Source of the DNA: Chiloscyllium plagiosum | Lineage: Eukaryota | DNA length: 64,000 bases | Direction of reading: 5' to 3' | Assembly (NCBI RefSeq): GCF_004010195.1 | Contig: NC_057719.1 | Span: forward strand, 30,641,619 to 30,705,618 | In this document: positions 51,831 through 64,000 of the stretch, piece by piece | Numbering within the stretch: position 1 is the first letter of the stretch | Layout: the number at the start of each line of letters is the position of its first letter | Notes under the pieces: generated by a model | Told to the model about the DNA's origin: nothing | Seen by the model: the letters and a program-made list of their open reading frames with translations, nothing else | Database searches by the model: none | Program-made: the position numbers and the translations under genes

Positions 51831-52017
51831 AAAAAGCAAGTGAGCCAAACAAAAATCCGGGTGATTTCCACAATCCTTTTCATTCTAGCAGGATGCCTTG
51901 TTTTTGTGACTATCCCAGCAATTATTTTCAAGCACATTGAAGGTTGGACAACTCTGGACTCCATCTATTTTGTTGTTATCTCCTTAACAACTGTAGGATT
52001 TGGTGACTATGTAGCAG
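51831..52017 (+). CDS. KCNK10: KCNK10 exon 5 (M3, pore 2)
   Basis: Acceptor ttcttttcag; [62 protein letters not shown](G); donor GTAAAC. Confidence 0.97.
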
Positions 52018-52219
52018 GTAAACAATGTATTGGCCTAAGATCATTTCAGGTACAAATTTATGACTTTAGTAAATTTTTTTAGTTTATGTATTTACTTCAC
52101 TTGTTTGATAATCAACCCAATAATTATTTGAACACAAAATGTTTCTGATGCTGGAAATCTGAAGTAAAAGTAGAAAATGTTGAATCTACTCAACAGATCA
52201 GGTAGCTTTTGTGAATAGA

Positions 52220-52432
52220 CATGGTTTGGAGATGCTGGTGTTGGACTGGGGTGTGCAAAGTTAAAAATCACACAACATCAGGTTATAGTCCACCAGGTTT
52301 ATTTGGAAGCACACTAGCTTTTAGAGCACTGCTCCTTTATGCAACCACCTGACGAAGGAGCACCACTCTGAAAGCTCATGCTTCCAAATAAACCTGGTGG
52401 ACTATAACCTGGTGTTGTGTGATTTTTAACTC
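52220..52432. mobile_element. Penelope family-B fold-back insert
   Basis: Long inverted arms; TSD tgtgaataga (52210-52219 / 52433-52442). Confidence 0.75.
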
Positions 52433-55299
52433 TGTGAATAGAGAGATAAAGTTAATGGACAGAAAGCAGTAGAGCTTAATGGAGTGAAGCAGACACTCAA
52501 TTTGGCTCTAAAACTCATCGGATCTTCCAGTTTTTGACAAGTATTAAGACCCCAAAAGAAGAAATCCTACCTTCCAAGAGCTGCCAACCAATCAGAGGCT
52601 GGCAGTTCTCACACTTGGCAATGTCATGAAGGAGGCTATGGCTGTCAGTGCAGCACCCCATAGACTCTAAGGATGGAAGCTGCAGCCATAGAATATGGGA
52701 ATATTATTGGAATTTTCATGGTAATCACTGGGAGGGGACTCTCAGCACCTTTATGCTTAGCAAGTCAACCATGCACAAATTATTGCAGATTGAGGGAATT
52801 CCTCCAATTGAGTCTGTTGCATTGGTTTATCAGTCAAATGGAATGATTCTTTCTTATCCTGCCTGGAGCTCAGGTTAGAATAAGCCTTTAATAGGTCATT
52901 CATAGACCAGTAAAGGTTTCAATTAGCATTAGGGTGGGAAAATTGAGTTTGGCCATTCTCACCCAAATTTAGTTCCAGTGAATGTGGGAAGACAACAAAG
53001 AACTACCCCAACTAAAATAAGTTGCTTTCCTGCCTCTAGACCAATTGCCTCTGGAACTAGAAGATTTTTCCAATTTCAGCTCCGTGACCTTACTTTAGAA
53101 CTGAGAAAAGTACAAGGTGTGAGCAAGTGAAAAGGAGGTAGATGGAAGACTCAAAAAGAACAAAAGGGAAAGTCTGTGATATGATTGGAGGGCAGAAAAG
53201 ATTAAATGACAAAAGATTACATTGTGCCAGAAAAAAAATGGAGTTGTGACAAGAAAAGTAAAGAAACAACATATTTGTCTCCAGGAGACGTGAATGCCAG
53301 GATCAAGCAATTGCTGCCATCTGAAAGTAAAGTGAAGGAAAAATGAGGGATATAACTGATAAAACCAGACCAAGAAATAAATAGAAACAAAATGTGGATA
53401 ATGGTTAAAATCTAAAATTGTTGAACTCAATGTTAAGCTCAGAAGGTTGAAAAATACCCATGGAAGAATAGAGTGCTGTTTCTTGAGGTTGTGTTGTGCT
53501 TTATTGAAACACTGAATAACACCAAGGACAGAAAGGTCAGAGGAGGTGTAAAGGGGATAATTAAAATTAACAAGATTGAAAAACATTCCTGGTGAAGGGC
53601 TTATGCCCGAAATGTCGATTCTTCTGCTCCTCAGATGCTGCCTGACCTGTTGTGCTTTACCAGCGCTACACTTTTTGACTTGGAAACTCAGGGTCAAGCT
53701 TGTGGACTGAACAGAGCTGTGTTAAAAGAAACAACTGCTGAGCTTGCATTTGATCTCCCTCCTGAGCAGCAAATATAATTGACTACATTTAAAGAAAAAC
53801 AAGTAAATAACTGTTTCATCTGACACAAGTGTTTGGGGACTTGGATGCTGAGAAGGAAGGAGTTTGTGTTCCTGAGCTTGAATGGAGAGACATCATAGGA
53901 AGAGGTAGGTATTGTGGATGACTAAGAACTGGACCAGGACCTTGGAATGTCCCCACTGGAATGCTGCGAGGGAGGCTAGCGAAGATATACATCATAGTTC
54001 ATATGATACTAGAAGTGGAGGAAATGGCTGAGAATGATTTGTTAAATTTAGAGGATGGTGCTTTTCATGACAAGAATAAGGAGAACTCCATCATAGTTTT
54101 GGGAGAGGGATGAAGATGTGACAGCAGAAATGTCTGAAATAGAACAAACGTGATCGATGGCCCTGTAAACCATGGCGGGGAGGATTCCTTGGATCAGAAG
54201 AAAGAAAGACGTAATTGCATCATCAGAGTAGATAGCTATTTCAGTCTATTATTAGCTCCATTCCAATCATATGCCAGGATCAGAATCAGATTGCAATTTG
54301 TTGAATAAAGGATGAATGTGAATTTGAGGCCAAGCCTGAGCTATCTGAGAGATTGCAATGTTAGGAAGCATATAAGACTGTGATTATGGAATAATGACAT
54401 TCTGAATTGATCCTTGGCAGGCAGAGCATTGCATTAGTGACTGTCTGAGTGACCCTGGCAATTTAAACAGCCTGTCACATAAATTTTAGAAACTTCAGCT
54501 TTGCTATAACAATGTCTAATTATATTACTTGTATACCAATTATTTCACAGTTTAGAAAGGTGTTAATTATTTGTGATGAAAATAAACAAAGTGAGATCTT
54601 ACACTTAATTTTTTAAAAATGTTTCCGATATGCATTGCATTCCGGGATGTGTACAAACCTCAGTTTTTTGGAACAACTGTATTAATACTGATGTATTATG
54701 AACTTCATGTTTTTATGAGAAATTATTGCTCTGTAGTTTGCACTTTAGGGCTCAACATACAACGTGCAGCCAGAAAGCATGAGGCACTGTTTCGTTTTGT
54801 CGAGGTTGTTATGCTTGCCACACAAAATGATCAGCATAAGGCTGAAGATTATGACTTGAATTTTTCTAATCGACCTGTTTAGAGATGTTATTACACATCT
54901 CTGAAGCAGATGGGACTTGAATCCAGGCCTCTTAGTCCAGGGTCACCACCACTGAGCCACAAGAGGCCCCCCCCCCAATGAATTTTTCTATATGGGAAAT
55001 GACAAACAAAGTTCATCATAAGTCACTGATATGTGTGGGCCTATGGCAAACTCTCACTCAGTGCAGTACTTATTTTAACATCCATTTGCTTGTTTTACCT
55101 TGCCAGAATTGCTGCATGATTTGTTATATCACTGGGATCAGATAGCCAGATCCATGGATTCTTGGGTTGTTTGCCCCATACCAACCCTGCTGTACAAGCA
55201 AATTTACATAGAGATTTTCCCAGGAGCACAATTCACAGTAAATCAGCTGGAGTGTCAAAGCCTTCAGCAACAGGGTAATGCTGACAATACTCACCCAAC

Positions 55300-55780
55300 C
55301 CAAAAATCCTCTTTTCTGACAATCCTTACTCCCTCTAGGCAATCCTCCCTCTCTCCAGACAATCCTTACTCCAGACCCTGATAATCCTTATGCCCTACTG
55401 ACAATATTCACACTCACTCCTGGACAATTCTCATCCCCTCCTGACAATCTTCATCTGCTCCTGACAATCCTCACTCCCGCCAAACAATCCTCATCCCCTC
55501 TTGACAATCCTCACTCCAGACCTTGATAAATCTTTAATTCCTACTGACAATGTTTGCACTCCTCCCTTGACATTGTTACCCTTTTTTCACCAACAATGTC
55601 GCCCCTCCCTCACTGACAATGTTCCCTTTCCCTCCTTGACAATGTTACCACACCTTCACTGATAATGTTACCCTTCCCTCACTAACAATTCTACACCTCC
55701 TTCACTGACATGTTTCCTCTCCCCCACTGGCAATGCTCCCCCTCCCTCACTGAACAATGTTACCCCACCTTCACTGACCG
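55300..55780. repeat. Degenerate minisatellite, ~20-bp unit (CTGACAAT + C-rich spacer)
   Basis: About 20 recurrences of (ct)gacaat followed by cctcactcccctc or gttaccccacctt. Confidence 0.8.
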
Positions 55781-55945
55781 TATTCAAGGAAAGGGGGATA
55801 CACAATAGCCAAAAACAAAAGTACAGTTTCAGCAAAGAAAGATGAAAGTATTGATTAAGTCGAGAGAAACTAGAAGGGGCTATTGTTTGAAGGTTGATAG
55901 ATTGGGAAAGGGGAGGTGCAATGAATCCTGAGTGCTTTTGTACAG

Positions 55946-56929
55946 TAGTCATAGCGTCATTGAGTCATAGGGATGTACAGTACGGAAACAGACCCTTCGG
56001 TTCAACTCGTCCATACCGACCAGATATCCCAACCCAATCTAGTCCCACCTGCCAGCACCCAGCCCAATATCCCTCCAACCCTTCCTATTCATATACCCAT
56101 CCAGATGCCTTTTAAATGTTGTAATTGTACCAGCCTCCACACCTTCCTCTGGCAGCTCATTCCATACATGTGCCATCCTCTGTTTGAAAATGTTGCCCCT
56201 TAGGTCCTTTTCAAATTTTTCCCCTCTCACCCTAAACCTATGCCCTCTAGTTCTGGACTCCCCCACACCAGGGAAAAGACTCTGTCTATTTACCCTGTCC
56301 ATGACCCTCATATTTTATAAACCTCTATAAGCCCTCAGCCTCTGACATTCCAGGGAAAACAGCCCCAACCTATTCAGCCTCTCCCTATAACTTGAACTCT
56401 CCAATCCTGGCAACATCCTTGTAGATCTTTTCTGAGCCCTTCATTGTTTCACAACATCCTTCTGATAGGAAGGAGATCAAACTTGCTCACGATATTCCAA
56501 ATTTGGCCTAACTAATGTCCTGTACATCTGCAGCATAACCTCCCAACACCAATACTCAATGCTGGAACCAATAAAGGAAAGCATACCAAACACCTTCTTC
56601 ACTATCCTATCTACGTGTGACTCCATTTACTAGGAGCTATGAACCTGCACTCCAAGATCTCTTTGTTCAGCAGCACTCACCAGAACCTTATCATTAAATG
56701 TATAAGTCCTGCCCTGATTTGCCTTTCCAAAATGCACCACCTCACATATATCTAAATTAAACTCCATCTGCCACTCCTTGACCCATTGGCTCACCTGATC
56801 ATAATCCCATTGTACTCTGGGGTAACCTTCTTCGCTGTCCACTACACCTCCAATTTTGATGTTATCTTAAACAGTGGCACCATGTTAGTCAACCTCCAGT
56901 CTTCCGGCACCTCACCTGTGACTATCGAT
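55946..56929 (-). mobile_element. CR1-clade LINE 3' half (non-inverted part), RT core deleted
   Basis: Tail (CTATGACT)n; ORFs DSEEGY..WQMEFNLD, RVNRQSLFPGVGESRTRGHRF; internal junction PLFK|DNIKIGG at ~56866. Confidence 0.85.
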
Positions 56930-59078
56930 ATTCTTGCTTGAATTCTCTGGACATCAGAATGCATCTAAGAAAAATTAATAAACAGCGAAATTCACAGCTG
57001 AGCTTGGAGGAGCCTGTGTGGGATAGCTCACAGCACAAGAGCAGTTAAGTGCCTAGTTTTTAAGTGTAAGCTTGCTGTAAATCTACAGTTGTGAGTACAG
57101 TGGGTTCTTTTTCGATTATATATTTCATTGAGATCTGTCTCTTGATTAAATTTTTAAACTCAAGAACATAGGTGCAAAGTTAGCCTGGAGCAGTGCTTTT
57201 AAAACAGTAAGACAGTACTATTTTCTGGGTCTATATATTGTGAAGGAGCAAAGATGGCCTTTAGTAGAGTGATGTACTCTTCCTGTCAGATGTGGGAAGT
57301 TAGGGAGGGTTTCCATGTTACTGATGAAAGTGTTTCTGGTTGCAAATCCTATCAGATCGCATGGATCGATTGGAGTGGCAGTTAGAAGCAATAAGGAATT
57401 TATAGAAGCTGGGGGGGTGATGGATGGCAGTTATATGAAGGGAGAAAAACCACAATTACAATCAGGTAGATGGATTACCTTCAGGAAAGGTAGGAGAGGC
57501 AGACAGGTTGTGCAGGAGTCGCCTGTTGCTATCCCCATCTCAGACAAGTATGCTGTTTTGAAAAATGTAGGGGGTGATGGACTCTCAAGGGAATGTAACA
57601 TGAACAGCTAAGTGTCTGGTACCAAGACTGGCTCTAATGTAAGGAAGAGTAGATCAGGTTCCAAGTGATCGATTGTGACAGGAGACTCTCTAGTCAGAGG
57701 CACAGATAGATGTTTCTGCGGCTGGCAGCGAGAAATTAAAATGGTGTGTTGACTCCCTGGTTCCAGGATCAAAGGTATCTCAGAGATGGTGCAGAATGTT
57801 CTCAAACAGGAGAGGGACCGACAGGAGGTCATTGTACACAATGGAACTAATGACATAGGAAGGGAAAGGGATGTGATTCTGAAGGGAAATAGAAAGTTAG
57901 GCAGGAATTTTAAAAGAAGATCCTCGAAGGTAATAATATCTGGATTATTCCCAATGCTACAATCTGGTGAAGATAGGAATAGGAGGATAGAGCAGATGAA
58001 TGTTTGGCTGAAGAGCTGGTGCAGGGGAGAAAAGTTCACATTTTTGGATCATTGAAAAATTTTCTGGGGTAGAAGTGACCTGTACAAGAAGGAAGAATTG
58101 TACTGGAATTAGAAATGGACTAATACACTGGCAGGGAGATTTGCTCAAACTGCTCAGGAGGATTTAAGCTATTAAGGTGGGGGGTGGGGTGGTGGTGGTT
58201 GGGACCCAGGGAGATAGTGAGGAAAGAGATCAGTCTGAGACTGGTAGAGTTTGGAAAAGGAGCAAGTCAAACAGTCAGGGCAGGCAGGAACAAAGCAGAG
58301 AATGAGGCAGGACTGATAAGTTAAACTGTATTTATTTTAATGCAAGAGGTCTAACAGGGAAGGCAGATGACCTCAAGAGCATGGTTAGGAAGATGGGACT
58401 GGGATATCATAGCAATTACCGAGATGTAGCTCAGGGATGGACAGGACTGGCAGCTTAATGTTCCAGGATGAAAATGCTACAGGAAGGATTGAAAAGGGGG
58501 CAAAAGAGAGGGGAGTGGTGGGTTTTTGGTAAGAAAAAATATTACGGCCATACTTAGGGAGAATATTCCTGGAAATACATCCAGGTAAGTAAGGAACTGA
58601 GAAATAAGAAAGAGATGACCACATTGTTGGGATTGTACTACAGACCCCCCAGTAGATAGTGGGAAATTGAGAAACAAATTTGCGGGGAGATCTTTATTAT
58701 CTTTAAGAATAATAGAGTGGTTATGGTATGGAATTTTAATTTTCCAAACTGAGACTGCCATAGTGTTAAGGGTTTAGATGGAGAGGAATTTGTTAGGTGT
58801 GCACAAGAACATTTTCTGAATCAGAGTGTGGATTTACCTACTAGAGAAAGTGCAAAACTTGACCTACTCTTGGGCAATAAGGAAGAGCAGATGACTGAGG
58901 TGTCAGTGGGTGAGCACCTTGGGGCTAGAGACCACAATTCTATTAGTTTTAAAATAGTAATGGAAAAGGATAGACCAGATCTAAAAGTTAAAGTTCTAAA
59001 TTGGAAGAAGGCCAATTATGACAGTATTAGGCAAGAACTTTCAAAAGCTGACTGGGGGTGGATGCTCGCAGGTACTGT

Positions 59079-59394
59079 GGGGCGGCACGGTGACTCAGTG
59101 GTTAGCACCGCTGCCTCACAGGACCAGGGTCCCAGGTTCAATTCCAGCTTCGGGTGACTGTCTGTGTGGAGTTTGCATACTCTCCCCGTGTTTGCATGGG
59201 TTTCCTCTGGGTGCTCTAGTTTCCTCCCACAGTCCAAAGATGTGCAGGTTAGGTAAATTGGCCATGCTAAATTGCCCATCGTGTAAGGTGCATCAGTCAG
59301 AGGGAAATGGGTCTGGGTGGGTTACTCTTTGGAGGGTCGGTGTGGACTTGTTGGGCCAAAGGGTCTGTTTCCACAATGTAGGGAATCTAATCTA
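59079..59394 (+). mobile_element. HE1-type V-SINE
   Basis: Full-length head to (TCTAA)n tail. Confidence 0.88.
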
Positions 59395-59440
59395 AAGTAA
59401 GGGGCCGCCTGGAAAATGGGAAGCCTTCAAAAATGAGATA

Positions 59441-59754
59441 ATTAGATTAGATTACATTACAGTGTGGAAACAGGCCCTTCGGCCCAACAAGTCCACATCG
59501 ACCCGCCGAAGCGCAACCCACCCATACCCCTACATTTACCCCTTACCTAACACTATGGGCAATTTAGCATGGCCAATTCACCTGACCTGCACATCTTTGG
59601 ACTGTGGGAGGAAACTGGAGCACCCGGAGGAAACCCACGCAGACACGGGGAGAACATGCAAACTCCACACAGACAGTCGCCTGAGGTGGGAATTGAACCC
59701 GGATCTCTGGCGCTGTGAGGCAACAGTGCTAACCACTGTGCCACCGTGCCGCCC
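59441..59754 (-). mobile_element. HE1-type V-SINE, young copy
   Basis: Full-length, near-identical to 5892-6206. Confidence 0.88.
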
Positions 59755-60290
59755 AGAGACAGTATCTTCCTGTTAGGGTGAAAGGATAAGTGTAGGGAAT
59801 GCTGGACGAGTAGAAAAATTGAGGTTTTGGTCAAGAAAAAGAAGGAAGCATATGTCAAGTATAAACAGGAGAGATCGAATGAATCCTTAGAAGGGTATAA
59901 AGGTAGTAGGAGTATTCTTAAGAAGGAAATCAGGAGGGCGAAAAGGGGATATGAGATAGCTTTGGCAATTAGGATTAAGGAGAATCCAAAGGGGTTTTAT
60001 AAATACATTAAGGACAAAAGGGTAACTAGAGAGATAATAGGGCCCCTCAAAGATTAGCAAGGCAGTCTATGTGTGGAACTGCCGGAGATTGGGGAGATAC
60101 TAAACGAGTATCATTTGTCAATGATTGCATCACTGTTTACTGTGGAGAAGGACATGGAAGATATAGAATGTGGGGAAATAGATGGTGACATCTTGAAAAA
60201 TGTCCATATGACAGAGGAGGAGGTGTTGGATGTTGTAAAACTGGATAAGTCCCAGAACCTGATCAAGTGTACCCTAGAACTCTGTGGAAG

Positions 60291-60740
60291 GTAAGCAGGC
60301 AGGTACAGCAGGTGGTGAAGAAGATAACTCTCATCTTAGCCTTCATATTGACAGGATTCAAGTGCAAGAGCAGGGATGTCTTGCGACAATTGTATAGAGA
60401 GTCAATGAGACCATACCTGGAGCACTGTGTTCAGATTTGGTCTCCTTATCCGAAGAAGGATATTCTGTGATGGAGGGAATGTAATGAAGGATACGGGGTA
60501 GACCACTTTGGACTGAGATGAAGAGAAACTTCTTCACCCAGAGAGTGGTGACTCTGTTAAATTCTCTGCCACAGAAAGAGGTCAAGGCCAGAACATTGAA
60601 TGTATTCAAGAAGGAATTAAACATAGCTCCGAGGGATCGAAGGGTATCAGAAGAAAGCATGAACAAGGTACCAAGAGAAATGATCAGACATGAATCAGGC
60701 TTGAAGGCTGAATGGCTATCCCCAATGTTACAAATATTTG
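60291..60740 (+). mobile_element. Older CR1 host fragment continuing from ~55780-55950
   Basis: QVQQVVKK..RPYLEHCVQIWSPY; MKRNFFTQRVV; joins upstream ...gtgcttttgtacagtagtcat when the 4.3-kb insert is removed. Confidence 0.65.
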
Positions 60741-62115
60741 TTATGTTGACTGTTGCAATTCAGTAATTTAGAAATTAATGGAGAAAATACAGTGAAATGT
60801 TTATTTCAAATTCATTTATTTTGTTTACTGTTCATATATTAATGTTGCACTCCTTGCTTTGCATTTGTATTACTTTTGCATTATCCTTTTTGAGTGTACA
60901 TTGTTCAACCACCAGCTTTCTCTGTCAGGTAGAAGAACTAGGAAGCCTAATTAGACTAAACAGGCTTAAGCTAATGACAAAATGGGGAGAATTGAATGAA
61001 AAACTGCATTTCTAGGAGCATAAATAGATTCATTAATTTTTGTTTTCATCAAAATAGGTTTCCAATATGGCATATAAATCCTTGATAGAAATGGTAACTT
61101 GTATCCTGGAAAAAATATACCGATAAGGACTTGAAAACTAATTATGTTTTGTATATTCCACCAGGTATTGAAGGGATCTTTTTCTTAACTTTTTAATTAG
61201 GGTGTAAATTTAAATTAATCCAATAAATCAAACTGCAGTTTTCATTTTTCTGTTATGGCTATCAGATCAACTGAAATGAAATTAACTTCAAAATCATGAA
61301 TACTTATGGTAAATTCCAATCTTACATAACAACTAAATTAAACCAGAGATGAGCAGCAACTTACAATTGTGGACTCAGTTTCTTTATTTATCAAAATGTC
61401 CTAAGTTTTTCTATTAGTTTCTTTTATGTATTTTAGATATCTTGTTAATGGCAGTGCCCAGTGTTAGATTAAACTCATGGTATAATGTATTACTGTGTAT
61501 AAAGTGATGTATAATTGAAAGACAAGGATGTGCAACAAAATTAGCACAAATGAAGTGTGGCAGAGAATTATTTTATCGCAATTAATGCAGCGAGGCAGCA
61601 GACTGATAAAGCAATGACTGGTTCTATATTTGAGGTCACATAAATGGGAATAAATTTGGATAAATATGCTGATTGTGACAAAGCTTCTTTATTTCCTATT
61701 GATTTCTAATTGGAAATAGTAATTTTAGCTGTTTGTTTCCAGCTCTGAGTTTGATTGACTTAGACCAGTTTCAATCAAACCAAGTATCTGAACCAATTCT
61801 AATAAGAACTGCTGATGTAATGAGTGTTTGATAAATTGGTGAGTATTTTTGCTAACTTTAACAATTATGAAAATGCTTTACAAATTGTTGGACATCACAA
61901 ATGTTTCTGATAGTGCTGAACATGTCAGTGTTTCACTGTCACTGAATGATCACAGTGGGTAATAGAGGTTAGCAGTTGCTATGAAATTAGATCATCTTTG
62001 AAAATCAAGCAACAGGCTCTCCATTTCCAAATATACTGTTCAATGCCAAGAGGCAATTAGAAGTTTTGAATTTATAAAATGCATCCACTTAGTTCTACAT
62101 CATCTGTTTATTCAG

Positions 62116-62258
62116 GTGGAAACATAGCTATTCATTATCGGGAATGGTATAAACCATTAGTCTGGTTCTGGATTCTAGTGGGTCTGGCATACTTTGCAGC
62201 TGTCCTCAGTATGATTGGAGATTGGCTACGTGTGATATCCAAGAAAACAAAGGAAGAG
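62116..62258 (+). CDS. KCNK10: KCNK10 exon 6 (P2-M4 loop, M4, proximal C-terminus)
   Basis: Acceptor tttattcag; (G)[47 protein letters not shown]; donor GTAAGA. Confidence 0.97.
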
Positions 62259-64000
62259 GTAAGATGCTGTATTTTCTCTTAGAAACCTGCCAACCCTTTT
62301 TTAGAGCTAAAGACCTCTTACCAATTAAATTACAGATCCTGGGTGGAGGCTGCAGAGTTAATGTACAGATCCTGGGAATAGATGCATAAGAGAGTCACTT
62401 GCATCGGGGAAATGCCAAGATCAGCGAACTTAGTTTTGTGCACCTGCTCTTTTCTTATCCACCCATGGAACAAATCCAAAGGTTGAGCTGTTCAACACTC
62501 ATTGAGCTAGCATGCCAGATTTAGGAATTATATTTGCTCATTTTTTTTAGCACTTTATTGCTGAAAAAAATGTAGGACTCATCTCCAGTTATATCTTGCA
62601 CAGAAGAGTTTGAAGTTCTTTTCCAAGTGAGTACAGTCAACATAAATAGTCTTTGTGTGGGTTTGCGCAATGAGGGAGGTGGGGGGTCTTAAAAACAGCA
62701 GTTCAACTTTGGAATAAGGACTGATATGGCATGTTCTTGGTTGGGACAATGTGTGGATTTTCATATCAAAAGCAATTGGTTCAGTGAGTTGTATCCATTA
62801 CTGGAAGAAGTTCTTGATCACAGATTGCATCACCAATCTCCCTACCTGTACATCAACTCCTTCCATGTTGATCTCCTCCCCTGCCTCATCCTCTTTCTGT
62901 GGTCCTGCAGGCCCATTGGCCTTCTAATCGAGCTGCTACATGCCCCCTCCTCGTTGGATGGCAAATTATAATGCAAGATGGTGATGATTTTGGAGACCCT
63001 GGCTGAAGTGGAAAGCAACATCCTGCCTGAGTAGCCCAAATAACGGAATCATTACTTTAGCATTCCTAAGGTGTGTTCGACAGTACAATGGATAGTGGCA
63101 TGGAATCGTACTTGTACTTTGCTGTGCCGGGTTTTTATCTGAGAATTGAGACAGATGCAATTAGTAGATCTGGTCTTCCAACAATCCATTCTTTCAAGGG
63201 TTACAAGTAATTTGGGTACTCTCAAATGTTACATTCCTGAATATTGGAAAATTAGTTTGCAGAAACCATCTGAATATTTAAGGACTGGTATTCCTTCCAG
63301 ATCAGGTATGCATTAAAGTTGATGTTTAGAAGATTCATCGCCATATGCATTCCATTTATAGCAATCTGGGCTGTCAGAAAGCCTGTCAGTAAAATAATCT
63401 GTGCCTACTCTAGTTTCCATTGGTAAACATGGCATCAGTCACTTCTTCATATAGATATGCGCTGGTTTGTCTGGCAGATGTCCCTTACAGTGATTTAGAA
63501 GGATCCTATTGCATAAAAATGTGATTCCATTGAGTCTTTCGCAACTGAATGTGAAGCTATTCCAGCCATTAACGTTACCCCAGCACAATCATTGCTTTTG
63601 CAGTTAAGTGGAGACAGCAAACTATCTTCTGACTGAATTAGAGAGAAGTGTTTTAGTGTATAAATACAGGTACTTGAATATTGATTGGACTGATCCTATA
63701 CCCTCTGAGTGATGATTTTGTCCCTTCATGAACCTGATCTCATCAAATTCATACAGCGCAATAGAAACACTTGCAACGATCACAAGAAACTGGAAGTTTT
63801 ATAGCAAAAGAATGAAAATGCATAGATCAGAAGTTTATGCCAGAAGTGTAGCTGTAGTAAAATCCTCATTGCAAAGAAAATTTACAGTTCATCACCCCAC
63901 TGAAACTTTTCTTCACTGTTTAGCTTCTGGCATGATCACTCCATTTAACTTTCAGTTCTGTGGGTAAGGTGCACTGGGACAGTCTTTCACCAAAGTCATG

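Larger units (their letters stand above)
56930..60290 (+). mobile_element. CR1-clade LINE 5' half (5' UTR, ORF1 SGNH esterase-like, ORF2 endonuclease), inverted relative to its 3' half
   Basis: ORF1 IVTGDSLVRG, VIVHNGTNDIGR; EN CIYFNARGL, PTRESAKLDLLLG, DHNSISF; ends at YPRTLW. Confidence 0.85.
28617..62258 (+). other. KCNK10: KCNK10 (TREK-2) gene span, coding exons 1-6; final exon outside window
   Basis: Exons of 52+323+118+161+187+143 = 984 nt splice in frame via GT-AG introns. Protein has M1-cap-P1(TIGYG)-M2-M3-P2(TVGFG)-M4 and TREK-2-diagnostic segments [43 protein letters not shown]. Confidence 0.96.

Noticed and set aside
53095..53697. 200-aa minus-strand ORF, the longest in the track
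   Set aside because: Low-complexity Phe/Leu-rich read-through of Penelope-type repeat sequence; no recognisable domain.
55300..55780. CRISPR-like repeat/spacer appearance
   Set aside because: Eukaryotic context, degenerate ~20-bp units, spacers similar to each other, no cas genes.
59080..59160. tRNA gene calls from A/B boxes
   Set aside because: These are tRNA-derived SINE heads attached to V-domain and tail.
28617..62258. Assignment as KCNK2 (TREK-1) or KCNK4 (TRAAK)
   Set aside because: [28 protein letters not shown] and YREWYKP match TREK-2, although a few residues are TREK-1-like.
62560..64000. Possible final KCNK10 exon or transposase remnant
   Set aside because: No VGEIKAHAAEW-like segment found, and no convincing protein motif in any frame by eye.

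Overview
Vertebrate (elasmobranch/shark-type) genomic DNA. The only host gene is a + strand two-pore-domain K+ channel, KCNK10 (TREK-2). Six coding exons (28617-62258) splice in frame with GT-AG boundaries to give 328 codons; the last exon lies beyond the window. A CpG-rich, repeat-free block (~27.3-31.6 kb) covers the promoter and exons 1-2. The rest is dense decayed mobile DNA: HE1/V-SINEs, DeuSINE-like SINEs, CR1 and Rex1/Babar LINE fragments, Penelope-like elements (RT, GIY-YIG, many fold-back terminal-repeat inserts), a fragmented Gypsy element and a solo LTR. Main observations: (1) three ~0.7-kb Tx1/L1-type 3'-end elements share one 5' endpoint and a 15-bp target motif; two are stacked in a solo LTR and the third carries transduced LTR sequence, suggesting a target-specific non-autonomous element parasitising an LTR; (2) minimal hammerhead-ribozyme-like cores with covarying stem II in several Penelope-type repeat families; (3) a 4.3-kb CR1 insertion with twin-priming-like 5' inversion; (4) TREK-2 features: an extra upstream in-frame AUG and Leu in place of the ruthenium-red-binding Asp. 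All family names come from motif recognition by eye; no database search was run.
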